Source: Candidatus Saccharimonadota bacterium
GTDB lineage: Bacteria; Bacteroidota; Bacteroidia; Cytophagales; Amoebophilaceae
Length of the DNA stretch: 32,000 nucleotides
Assembly: GCF_003351905.1 (NCBI RefSeq)
Contig: NZ_CP022339.1
Location: 1 to 32,000, forward strand
Direction of reading: 5' to 3'
Shown: positions 1-8,762 of the stretch, piece by piece
Layout of the letters: every line of letters starts with the position of its first letter
How positions within the stretch are numbered: the stretch's first letter is position 1
Notes under the pieces: model-generated
Databases searched by the model: none
What the model was told of the DNA's origin: nothing
Seen by the model: only the letters and a program-made list of their open reading frames with translations
Program-made: the position numbers and the translations under genes

Positions 1-34
1 GGGATAAAATGCATTATTAACCAATGGCAAGAAT

Positions 35-100
35 AGATACTTTTATTTGAAAATCAATAAAAAATCCTTAAGTTGACACCATTGGGTGAACAGGTTAATA
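35..100 (+). repeat. Partial copy of the 3' module (E) of the dispersed modular repeat, just downstream of the ychF stop
   Basis: 'gaatagata...ccttaagttgacaccattgggtgaacagg' matches the 3' end of the full-length copy at 23740-23800 ('gaatagatattccttaagttgacgccattgcttgaacag'). Confidence 0.4.
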
Positions 101-102
101 AC

Positions 103-1194
103 CTACACATTAAAACGAAACAGCATGACATCTCCATCCTGGACGATGTAATCTTTACCTTCTATACGTAGCTTTCCTGCTTCACGGCAGCCATGCTCAC
201 TTTTATACGTTTTATAGTCCTCGAAAGCAATTACTTCTGCTTTAATAAACCCACGTTGAAAGTCTGTATGAATCACCCCTGCTGCTTGGGGGGCTTTTGT
301 GCCTTTTGGAATTGTCCATGCGCGCACTTCTTGTGGTCCTACTGTAAAATAGGTAATGAGATTTAGTAAGGTGTAGGCGGATTGAATCAGCTTATCTAAT
401 GCAGACTCCATCAGGTTGTATTCTTTTAAGAAGAAATCCTTGTCATCACCATTTAATGCATTCAGCTGTGTTTCTAACGCAGTAGAACCCATAATCATTT
501 GGCTGTTTTCTTGCGCAATAGCTTCCTGAAAAGCAGCTAAGTGCCGATTGGCCCTGCCCAGTATGGTGGCTTCATCTACATTAGCAAAGTAAATAATTGG
601 TTTTGAGGTTAATAGCTGCCAGTCATCTACCATGGATTGGTCTGCTGCGCTTACTTCAATGGTGCGTGCATCACGGCCTTGCTTTAGTTCTGTTAAAAAT
701 AAGTGCAACAATTCGTGTTGTTGTGTTTTAGGTCCATGCTTGGCAAGCTTCTCTATTTTATCCAATCGTTTGGTTAAGGTATCGATATCCTTACACCGTA
801 GCTCATGGTCAATCACTTGTTTGTCAAAAATAGGGTCTACACTGCCTGCTACGTGTAATACATCCTCATCTTCAAAACATCGAACGACATGTACAATGGC
901 ATCCACTTCCCGAATATGGCTAAGGAATTTATTACCCAACCCCTCTCCTTGATGGGCATCCTTGACCAACCCAGCTATATCTACAAACTCGATAACAGTA
1001 GGGATGATATTTTTAGCGTGCGCTAATGCAGCCAGTAGTTCCATACGCGGATCTGGTACAGCTACTACACCTATATTAGGCTCTATAGTACAAAAAGGCA
1101 AATTGGCAGAAGCCGCATTTCCATTTGATAAGCCATTAAATAACATAGATTTGCCCACATTAGGCAAACCAATAAGGCCACACTTTAAAGCCAT
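103..1194 (-). CDS. ychF: Redox-regulated ribosome-binding ATPase YchF
   Basis: 363-aa full-length ORF. It has the P-loop GLPNVGKS at the N-terminus and the YchF/OLA1-type architecture and C-terminal end (...GKDYIVQDGDVMLFRFNV). Confidence 0.9.
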   Translation of the reverse strand: MALKCGLIGLPNVGKSMLFNGLSNGNAASANLPFCTIEPNIGVVAVPDPRMELLAALAHAKNIIPTVIEFVDIAGLVKDAHQGEGLGNKFLSHIREVDAIVHVVRCFEDEDVLHVAGSVDPIFDKQVIDHELRCKDIDTLTKRLDKIEKLAKHGPKTQQHELLHLFLTELKQGRDARTIEVSAADQSMVDDWQLLTSKPIIYFANVDEATILGRANRHLAAFQEAIAQENSQMIMGSTALETQLNALNGDDKDFFLKEYNLMESALDKLIQSAYTLLNLITYFTVGPQEVRAWTIPKGTKAPQAAGVIHTDFQRGFIKAEVIAFEDYKTYKSEHGCREAGKLRIEGKDYIVQDGDVMLFRFNV

Positions 1195-1279
1195 GCATCG
1201 AATGTATAAAATGAAAAACTGCCATGTGGCGCTTTACTACCCCCCCTCTTACCTATACCCGGGTTAAGCATGGGTAGTT

Positions 1280-1585
1280 TTATTGACTTGGATGGCCCTC
1301 TGCATTGCGATCAAATTGATCAAACGCATAGTCAGCCATTAGCGTAGTTTTAAGATGGTCAACCACTTCATTAAGGGCACGAATGAATTTATTCACATCT
1401 TCTTTGTATAAGAAAATTTTATGTTTTTCGTACGCCATTCCGTCCGTTTCTGTTCTTTTCTTACTTTCTGTAATGGTTAGGTAGTAGTCTTTCCCTTTGG
1501 TTGACTTTATATCAAAGAAATAAACTCTTTTGCCTGCATTTACTCTTTTGGAATAAACTTCATCTAATCCTCTATGTAATTCCAC
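1280..1585 (-). CDS. PUR-alpha-like DNA/RNA-binding protein (DUF3276 family)
   Basis: 101-aa ORF. The segment KRVYFFDIKSTKGKDYYLTITESKK...YEKHKIFLYKEDVNKF matches, from memory, the conserved pattern of Bacteroidota PUR-like proteins. Confidence 0.7.
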   Translation of the reverse strand: MELHRGLDEVYSKRVNAGKRVYFFDIKSTKGKDYYLTITESKKRTETDGMAYEKHKIFLYKEDVNKFIRALNEVVDHLKTTLMADYAFDQFDRNAEGHPSQ

Positions 1586-1624
1586 TGTATATTTGATTTT
1601 ATATTATATATATTGGTAACGCCT

Positions 1625-1969
1625 TTAACACCCATGTAAAAATTGCTTTTTTTCTAGCAAGGCTTCTTTCGTTTCTGGGTGATCTAGGTCTAACACACAA
1701 CAATCTACCGGACAAACTGCTGCGCATTGTGGTTCCTCATGAAAACCTACACATTCTGTACATTTATCTGTAACAATATAAAACGTATCATCTGTGTAGG
1801 GAGCTTGTGGTTGGGTTGCTTCTACTATTTCCCCTTGCACTTCTACTGTTTTGAGTTGTGTACCTTCAGCCCACTGCCACTCTGTTCCGCCCTCATATAT
1901 TGCGGTGTTCGGGCATTCAACTGCGCATGCACCACAATTAATACATGCTTCTGTTATTCGTAAAGCCAT
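1625..1969 (-). CDS. 2[4Fe-4S] dicluster ferredoxin
   Basis: 114 aa. Cluster motifs are CINCGACAVECP (CxxCxxCxxxCP) and CTECVGFHEEPQCAAVCP (CxxCx8CxxxCP). Confidence 0.85.
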   Translation of the reverse strand: MALRITEACINCGACAVECPNTAIYEGGTEWQWAEGTQLKTVEVQGEIVEATQPQAPYTDDTFYIVTDKCTECVGFHEEPQCAAVCPVDCCVLDLDHPETKEALLEKKQFLHGC

Positions 1970-2050
1970 AATGCTACAATTATTTTATCTGCTAACTAAA
2001 TTAATAGAAATAAAAGATTACAGCAAATCCTTGGTTTGGGTAGCGTATGG

Positions 2051-2527
2051 TTAAAGATCTAACCCGATGGCTAAAATTTCCAATTCAATGATACCAGATG
2101 GAGTATCAACCTGCGCGATGTCTCCTACCTTTTTACCTAATAATCCTTTGCCCATAGGGGATTCAACCGATATTTTACCCTGCTTTAGGTCAGCCTCACC
2201 CTGCGAAACCAGCATAAAAACTGATTCCACTCCTGTTTTTTTATTGCTCACACGTGCTTTAGAGAGAATAGAGACCCGAGATAAATCAATTTCACTTTCT
2301 TTTAATACTCTAGCATTGGCCACTAAGGTTTCTAAGGCAGCAATCTTTGCCTCTAGTAAGCCTTGTGCATCTCTAGCTGCATCATATTCCGCATTTTCAC
2401 TTAAATCTCCCTTTTTATGCGCTTCTGCCAGATCATTGGCTACGCGCATGCGACCCTCGCTTTTTAACCAACTGAGTTCTTGCTTCATGCGCTCCAGGCC
2501 TGCTTCTGTGTAATAAGTCATTGACAT
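2051..2527 (-). CDS. greA: Transcription elongation factor GreA
   Basis: 158 aa. It has an N-terminal coiled coil with the acidic tip motif GDLSENAEYDAARD and a C-terminal GreA/GreB domain. Confidence 0.9.
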   Translation of the reverse strand: MSMTYYTEAGLERMKQELSWLKSEGRMRVANDLAEAHKKGDLSENAEYDAARDAQGLLEAKIAALETLVANARVLKESEIDLSRVSILSKARVSNKKTGVESVFMLVSQGEADLKQGKISVESPMGKGLLGKKVGDIAQVDTPSGIIELEILAIGLDL

Positions 2528-2639
2528 TTTATGTTTTATGGTTCTAATTATTTTTTACAATGTGTGCCGTTTTATTGCTTCAAAGGTTGTACATGCTTAC
2601 CTAGCTATTGAATAAACAGATGTTAGGTTTGCTTAGTTA

Positions 2640-2804
2640 TTAAAGCAGTATGGATACAAATAGGAGTAAGAAGGCAATAAATAGCATGCTAAACTTATAC
2701 CCGGCCAGTATGGGTATGACTACAACGCCTCCATGCATACCTATAGAGAGCAGGGCAAGCAGCACTGCTAAAAATTTTGCCATTGCTTTCATATTACCTT
2801 TCAT
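2640..2804 (-). CDS. Possible small hydrophobic membrane protein (54 aa), below the ORF-track length cutoff
   Basis: My own translation of the minus strand gives MKGNMKAMAKFLAVLLALLSIGMHGGVVVIPILAGYKFSMLFIAFLLLFVSILL-stop. This predicts two TM-like segments, and the ORF is co-directional with its neighbours. It is more plausible than the overlapping + strand 65-aa ORF. Confidence 0.35.
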   Translation of the reverse strand: MKGNMKAMAKFLAVLLALLSIGMHGGVVVIPILAGYKFSMLFIAFLLLFVSILL

Positions 2805-3071
2805 ATTGATTGTATTTACAAAAACTATGCTTTTAGGCTTTATCTAAGCTTTTGAGTTTTGCTGTATGCAAACTTAACAAAAAAATAAGGATGTTTTTGG
2901 TTGTTTTAGTGAGACCAGCTGCATTAACTTGGCTTTTAAACTGAAGTAAACAAACAAAATGCACTGTATTAGAACGACCAAAGTTCTAATATAAATAAAA
3001 TAACGCTAATCTTTCCATAGACGCTGGCATAAATAGAAGTAGCTAAAAATAATCTAAATCCAGGGAGTGGG

Positions 3072-5189
3072 TTATAGGTTTTTGGACCAGGTTAAGGTTT
3101 TTTTCGATCCTGGCTTCAGCCAGATGGGTAGGATGTTTAGCTGTTTAATGTTTGAATGGTAACGGAATGCGTGGTCCTGCTGCGTATAGATCACTAATGT
3201 TTTGATATGCAATACTTTGCAAATAACTGCTATATTCTTCAGCAGGTGTGCATCGATCAGCAGGTAGTCGGCATCTAGTTTGGGCCCGCTCCACCCATAC
3301 CAATCAACTGGAATTTGATGTAGGGTAAGGATAACTTTTTTATGCCAGGTGGCTATTATGCCTCCAGCATAATGGCTACTACGTTTGCATGGTGGGTCAT
3401 TAGCATGTTTTTGTAACGCGATGGTTAATGGCCATTTTATTCTCTCAGTTTGTCTATACGTTTCAAATGGAGCTGAATATGCTGTCGATTGCATGGATCC
3501 TAAACGTTGCGCATCACAAATAGGTTCCGAGAGTGCTCTATCACAGTGTAGGGTCTCTATCCCATCTTTTAAAGTAAAAGATAGTTGATCGCTATTATAA
3601 CAGATGAGCTTGCATTTTTTTTGTTTGGCTATCCTAATTTGTATCTGCTCTACACTATACAATAGGGTGCATAAACTGATGATAACTGGATAAATCAGAT
3701 GCTTGTGGTGCAAGAAAAGGCAAATCGAAAAGAGTATAACATAGAGTAGACAGGCCGCATACCCATTTACAGCACCAGTTTCCAGGGTATGCATGGGCCA
3801 TTTTGCTAGCCAACAGACCCATGCATTGGTAGCAGCAATCAGTTTTTCAAGCGTAAAATTTAGTATGGTGTGGACGATAGGCAAGTGGCTCCCTACTAGT
3901 AATGCTAAGCTGAGTATTAAAATCGCAAAAATAGCGGGCACGACCAACCAATTGGCGAGGATAAAATAGAGTGGGAACTGTTTAAAGTAATATAAAATAA
4001 GTGGTAAGGTACCTACCTGTGCAGCAATGGATAGGGTAGTAGCCGTCCATATTTTCTGTAGCCCATAATTTTTTGGCGTAAGAAGGCGATGGATATAGGG
4101 TTGTAGATAGAGTATGCCTAGGGTTGCCATATAGGAAAGTTGAAAACCGCAGTTCCATAATAATAATGGGTTCCATAGCAATAACGCAAAAGCAGAGGCG
4201 ATCCATCCATTGTAACGGTTGGATCCTCTACCCATTAGAAAGCCTATTCTGGCTATAGTGATCATCATCGTTGCACGCAGTATGGGTGGTGCAAAGTGGC
4301 AGAGCCAAGCGTATATCCAAAGCCAAAGCAGCGTAAAAAGGTCTGATAAGATCAGCCCTCCTATATGGCTAAATAGAAACCTAAAAATAGCCTGCATAAG
4401 TAAGTAAAACATGCCTACGTGCAATCCAGAAATGGCTAATACATGGATGGTGCCTGTATGGGCATAAGCTTTTTGTAGTGCCGGGTTTAAGTGTTCTTTT
4501 TCCCCCCATAGGAGGGTGGTGACCAATGCTATGGCTTGCCTGTCTTTTAGCTGTTGGTGGAGTATGTGGCTACACCATTGCGTAATCATAGTAGCCCATT
4601 GCCTATTTTGATCAAATGATTGGAGGACCATGAAATCTTGATTGATGTGTTTTAAAATACGACGATGCATCGAGGGATGAGTTAGGGAGGTCAGAGACAC
4701 TGCTTGTTGCATGGGTTGAGCTGGTAAGGCGCCAATGGGTGTGCCACGCACCAACAGGATATCTCCTTTTTTAGGCTTGTAAGCCGATGGCTTAGAAAAG
4801 TATAGTTGTATGGGTGTATTACACTTGTGCCAACCTGAGTCGTTTTTTATATGGGTGATTGCTGCTTGGCAGCTATGTGTGTGATAGACTTTTTGAATGC
4901 AAGTCGTATAACCCTTTAGATGTTGATGGCCCCATGTAGATCGTTCCCCTTGTTGTGCGACTTGCAACAATAGGTTACTGTACCCTACTAAAAAAATGAG
5001 TAGCAAGCCTATTGGGTTAAGCCATGTAAAAGAAATGGTACGAGCGGCTATACACAAGTATAGCGCACTCAGCGCAACCAAAAGGATTAAGGTCATGAAA
5101 AGGTCTGTCGGGTAGCAGATGGCTAGGAGCATGCCGCTTATATAAAACCATATTAAGCGAAATAGAGGTAGAGCAGTAACGCGTGACAT
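3072..5189 (-). CDS. comEC: ComEC/Rec2 family competence (DNA internalisation) membrane protein
   Basis: 705-aa polytopic membrane protein with the IHVLAISGLHVG motif typical of the ComEC competence domain. I saw no HxHxDH metallo-beta-lactamase motif in the C-terminal third, so this is a short form. Confidence 0.8.
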   Translation of the reverse strand: MSRVTALPLFRLIWFYISGMLLAICYPTDLFMTLILLVALSALYLCIAARTISFTWLNPIGLLLIFLVGYSNLLLQVAQQGERSTWGHQHLKGYTTCIQKVYHTHSCQAAITHIKNDSGWHKCNTPIQLYFSKPSAYKPKKGDILLVRGTPIGALPAQPMQQAVSLTSLTHPSMHRRILKHINQDFMVLQSFDQNRQWATMITQWCSHILHQQLKDRQAIALVTTLLWGEKEHLNPALQKAYAHTGTIHVLAISGLHVGMFYLLMQAIFRFLFSHIGGLILSDLFTLLWLWIYAWLCHFAPPILRATMMITIARIGFLMGRGSNRYNGWIASAFALLLWNPLLLWNCGFQLSYMATLGILYLQPYIHRLLTPKNYGLQKIWTATTLSIAAQVGTLPLILYYFKQFPLYFILANWLVVPAIFAILILSLALLVGSHLPIVHTILNFTLEKLIAATNAWVCWLAKWPMHTLETGAVNGYAACLLYVILFSICLFLHHKHLIYPVIISLCTLLYSVEQIQIRIAKQKKCKLICYNSDQLSFTLKDGIETLHCDRALSEPICDAQRLGSMQSTAYSAPFETYRQTERIKWPLTIALQKHANDPPCKRSSHYAGGIIATWHKKVILTLHQIPVDWYGWSGPKLDADYLLIDAHLLKNIAVICKVLHIKTLVIYTQQDHAFRYHSNIKQLNILPIWLKPGSKKTLTWSKNL

Positions 5190-5219
5190 ATGTTATAATT
5201 GGCTAAAAACCATATGTAT

Positions 5220-5825
5220 TTACTTTTCCCTATCATCAAAGTTTTTGCGATGGTATAAAGTACCTCCAAACTGTTTAATCACTCGCTTGTGTGCTGGTGT
5301 TGCGTATCCTTTATTTTTTTTCCAGCCATATGCAGGAAAGTCTTTGTCTAATGTTTCCATATAACGGTCTCTATAGACCTTAGCGAGTATATTCGCTGCA
5401 CTAATGGCGGTATAGATCTTGTCTCCTTGTGGAATGCATTGGTGTGGAATGGTTTTGTAGCCATCGAACGATCGTCCGGATACCAATAATAGGTTTGGTA
5501 ATGTTTTTAATTGGTCCAATGCATTATGTATAGCAAGCTGGGCGGCATTTGGAATGCCCATGCTGTGAATGGCTACATGGTCTACCATGGCGATGCTCCA
5601 CGCAACTGCGTGTTGTTGAATGATGCCATACAAATGAATGGGTGTGATTAGCGTCTGGGTATTACATAATACTTCATTATAAAACGCATGTGGCAAGATT
5701 ACAGCTGCGCCAACGATAGGACCTGCTATTGCGCCTGCCCCTGCGTGATCGCAGCCAGCTATATGGGATACATGATAGTATTGGTATTCAGATAGTAGTG
5801 GTTTATGTAGCCGCACCATATTCAA
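5220..5825 (-). CDS. rnhB: RNase HII family protein with apparently degenerate active-site motifs
   Basis: 201 aa. The C-terminal part is clearly RNase HII (GDKIYTAISAANILAKVYRD...GYATPAH...HRKNF). However, DEVGRG reads DHAGAG, DSKKL reads NTQTL, and (L/I)IDG reads LVSG. Confidence 0.75.
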   Translation of the reverse strand: MNMVRLHKPLLSEYQYYHVSHIAGCDHAGAGAIAGPIVGAAVILPHAFYNEVLCNTQTLITPIHLYGIIQQHAVAWSIAMVDHVAIHSMGIPNAAQLAIHNALDQLKTLPNLLLVSGRSFDGYKTIPHQCIPQGDKIYTAISAANILAKVYRDRYMETLDKDFPAYGWKKNKGYATPAHKRVIKQFGGTLYHRKNFDDREK

Positions 5826-6156
5826 AATACTTTAATTGGGTTACCCATTATCGACTAAATAGTATTTTTGATTTCCAAGATCTATTCAATCTTGAAAATC
5901 GGGAAAAAAGGATCATATAAAATAAAAAATTTTATTTTAAAATAATAGCCCTGCTAAACTTGTTTTTTTCTATGATGGATGGTCATCTGTTAAGCACGCT
6001 TCAGCCACGCCCATCTATGTAATGATAAATGGGTAACTACCATATTCTTGTAAAGAATACCTATATTTGTTCATCTATATCTTTTAAGTAGCGTTATAGT
6101 GTCAACTATAGCTATAATGGTTACATTTTTTAGCTTAAAATTTTCTTTTGTTTTAT

Positions 6157-7929
6157 ATGGCTTTAGATAAAAATAAACTTGTGCGGTTATGCTTAATATC
6201 AGCAGGTTTTATGGTTTATTTCTATGTTTTTAAACCTAAATTAGTTCCTCAACCTGCACTACCTTCTGTTGCGGCTACTGGCCAGGCCGCAGTGGGTGGC
6301 ATGCATGCACCTAGTCCAGTAGTGGCTACCCCTTTTGCGCCTGTGTTGCAGGGAGAGGAAAAATATATAACAGTTGAGAATGAGTTACTTAAAGTAGTTC
6401 TTGGTACAAAGGGTGGTACTATAAAAAAGGTTGTACTGAAAAAGTTCAAAGATAAGCATGGTGCAGCATTGGTCTTATTGGATGAGCAGAGTAGTCATAT
6501 GGGGCTTGTTTTTCCTTATCAAAATAGCCTTATAGAGACCAAGGCTTTATATTTCCAAACCGAAGCTAGTTCGGTTTATCAACTCAAAGGAGCTGAAGAG
6601 ATTAAAATAGTTTTTCGACTGGAGCTAACCCCATCGCAATATTTGGAGCAGGTCTTTACTTTTTCTGGCAATAGTTATCAAATCAACTATGATTGGGATG
6701 CGGTTGGGATGCTTAGCACCACTGCGCATCCTTCTTTTTGCTGGAATATAGATATGAAAAGTTTAGAGGCTGATGATAGAGCAGATGCTTCCAGAAGCAC
6801 GGTGCATTATTATTTATTAGACCAGACTTTTGATAAGCTCAAGGAATCTTCAACTGAGTGTGAAAAAAAGAAAATCGAAGTGCCTATCAAATGGGTTAGT
6901 GTCAAGCAACGTTTTTTCTCTTCTGCGATTATTGCTGGCGATGCTTTTGCTACAGGGGAACTTTGTATGGAACCAGTAACCGCACCTGATGTCACCAAGT
7001 CGGTTCATCTATCTCTTCCACTATCTTCAGGTAGTAATGGAAACGCAAAATGTAGGGGTGCATTCATTTTTTTCTTTGGACCTAATGATTATACAATTCT
7101 TAAGCAGGTTACAAAGGGGTTTGAGCAAAACCTACCTTTGGGGTGGCCAGTTGTAAAGTGGGTGAATCAGGGTGTGATTATTCCCCTTTTTAGTTTTTTG
7201 GAAAAGCATATTGCTAATGTTGGGTTGGTCATCTTTTTATTGGTTATTATCATCAAGTTGCTTTTAGTACCCCTTTCCTATAAGTCTTTTATTGCTATGG
7301 CTAAGATGCAGTTCCTAAAGCCAGAATTGGATAAGATTAAGGAGAAATATAAAAATGATATACAAAAGGCTCAGATTGAGCAGGTAGCTTTTTATAGAGA
7401 ATTCGGTATTAATCCTTTGAGTGGTTGTATGCCTATTCTGCTCCAAATGCCTATTTTAATGGCTATGTTTCATTTCTTTCCTCATGCCATTGCACTACGG
7501 CAAGCCTCTTTTTTATGGGCAAAGGATTTATCAACCTATGATAGCGTGATGCGGCTACCTTTTACTATACCGATCTATGGCAATCATATCAGTTTGTTTA
7601 CCTTATTAATGGTGTTATCAACCATTTTGTATACCCGGTCTAGTAATCAAAGTGGTCCAAAAGATGGCCCTATGAAGGGGTTATCTTATATTATGCCCTT
7701 TGCTTTTATGTTTGTTCTAAATACATTTCCTGCTGGGTTGAGTTTTTACTATTGTGTCTCTAATGTGATGACTTTCGTTCAACAGAAGCTTATCAATTAT
7801 TGGGTGAATGTAGATAGCATTAAGGAAAAGTTGATGGCTAGGCAACAAAAGGTAAAGCAGCATAGTAAGCTTTCTTTTCAATCTAGGGTTGCTGCTGCTA
7901 TTGAATCCAACAATAAGAAAAAAGAATAG
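6157..7929 (+). CDS. yidC: Membrane protein insertase YidC
   Basis: ~590 aa. It has an N-terminal TM, a large periplasmic domain and a C-terminal 5-TM insertase core (NPLSGCMPILLQMPILMAMF...). The ORF track opens at TTG 6148, and I prefer the ATG at 6157. Confidence 0.9.
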   Translation: MALDKNKLVRLCLISAGFMVYFYVFKPKLVPQPALPSVAATGQAAVGGMHAPSPVVATPFAPVLQGEEKYITVENELLKVVLGTKGGTIKKVVLKKFKDKHGAALVLLDEQSSHMGLVFPYQNSLIETKALYFQTEASSVYQLKGAEEIKIVFRLELTPSQYLEQVFTFSGNSYQINYDWDAVGMLSTTAHPSFCWNIDMKSLEADDRADASRSTVHYYLLDQTFDKLKESSTECEKKKIEVPIKWVSVKQRFFSSAIIAGDAFATGELCMEPVTAPDVTKSVHLSLPLSSGSNGNAKCRGAFIFFFGPNDYTILKQVTKGFEQNLPLGWPVVKWVNQGVIIPLFSFLEKHIANVGLVIFLLVIIIKLLLVPLSYKSFIAMAKMQFLKPELDKIKEKYKNDIQKAQIEQVAFYREFGINPLSGCMPILLQMPILMAMFHFFPHAIALRQASFLWAKDLSTYDSVMRLPFTIPIYGNHISLFTLLMVLSTILYTRSSNQSGPKDGPMKGLSYIMPFAFMFVLNTFPAGLSFYYCVSNVMTFVQQKLINYWVNVDSIKEKLMARQQKVKQHSKLSFQSRVAAAIESNNKKKE

Positions 7930-8018
7930 ATCCTACGGTGGTATGACCATCATGGGATCAAATGGGTCTACGGTCTGTTTGTAGTGATCAGGCAACAAGG
8001 AGGTGATTTACTCAATCT

Positions 8019-8612
8019 ATGATTGCGCAACTTATAGGAAAATTACTGTATAAAGAACCCACTTACGTTATTTTAGATGTAGGTGGGGTGGGTTATGGCT
8101 TACATATTTCTTTATATACTTTTGATCAAATAAAGGACTTAGCGCATTGTACCTTGTTAACGGTTATGCAGGTAAAAAGCGAGGCATCTACCCTATATGG
8201 TTTTTATACGTTAGAGGAAAAGGCTTGGTGGTTGCACCTTGTTTCGGTTAGCAGCATTGGTCCCAAAACTGCTTTGACGGTTTTATCCTCTTTGACGCCA
8301 GCAGCCTTACATAAGGCTATCCTAGGTAAGGATACACGGTTGCTTACTTCCATTAAAGGTGTTGGGGCAAAAGCGGCACAACGATTGATACTGGAGTTGT
8401 CTGATAAGGCCCAAAAGTTGGCGTATATCCAAGATACGGTTTGTCCACAACCTACCGATAACAAGGTAGATCAAGATGCCATAATGGCTTTAACCAAGTT
8501 GGGACTTACCCAAAAAGTTGCAGAAAAGGCCATTGCAACGGTACGAGAACAGGTGAGTACCCCCCTTACGTTGGAAGTGCTGATTAAAAAGGCATTGCAG
8601 CCCCATCCGTAA
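8019..8612 (+). CDS. ruvA: Holliday junction branch migration complex subunit RuvA
   Basis: 197 aa. It has the N-terminal OB domain (MIAQLIGKL...VILDVGGVGYGLHIS), HhH motifs (IKGVGAKAAQRLILEL) and C-terminal domain III. Confidence 0.9.
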   Translation: MIAQLIGKLLYKEPTYVILDVGGVGYGLHISLYTFDQIKDLAHCTLLTVMQVKSEASTLYGFYTLEEKAWWLHLVSVSSIGPKTALTVLSSLTPAALHKAILGKDTRLLTSIKGVGAKAAQRLILELSDKAQKLAYIQDTVCPQPTDNKVDQDAIMALTKLGLTQKVAEKAIATVREQVSTPLTLEVLIKKALQPHP

Positions 8613-8762
8613 TACACCAATAGCATGAAAATTAGTCATATAGCAAATTTTTTATCCATTGTATCTATAGCTATGTTGCTGACAGGGTTTAGGGAGTCTG
8701 CTCCCAGTACAACTCTTCCGCAAGCATTACATAAAGGTATATGGTCTATACCGATTCTTGCT

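Noticed and set aside
632-1267. + strand ORFs 632-952 and 962-1267, antisense to ychF
   Set aside because: They lie entirely inside a well-supported conserved gene on the other strand, have low-complexity Ser/Cys-rich composition and resemble no known family.
1727-2513. + strand ORFs 1727-1963, 1851-2054 and 2067-2513, antisense to the ferredoxin gene and greA
   Set aside because: They are shadow ORFs of strongly supported minus-strand genes.
2650-2847. + strand 65-aa ORF
   Set aside because: It overlaps a more plausible co-directional minus-strand hydrophobic ORF (2640-2804). Its composition is not protein-like.
3385-4407. Small ORFs 3385-3588 (+), 3982-4206 (-) and 4219-4407 (+) within comEC
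   Set aside because: They are nested in, or antisense to, the 705-aa ComEC ORF.
5915-5945. AT-only inverted repeat aaaataaaa-aa-ttttatttt in the rnhB/yidC divergent intergenic region
   Set aside because: It is a pure A/T low-complexity palindrome between divergent gene starts. It cannot be a terminator there and has no distinguishing features.
6062-6069. TATATTTG upstream of yidC considered as a Bacteroidota -7 promoter box (TAnnTTTG)
   Set aside because: The motif matches, but I found no properly spaced -33 TTG. Such AT-rich octamers are frequent in this genome, so it is too weak to report as a feature.
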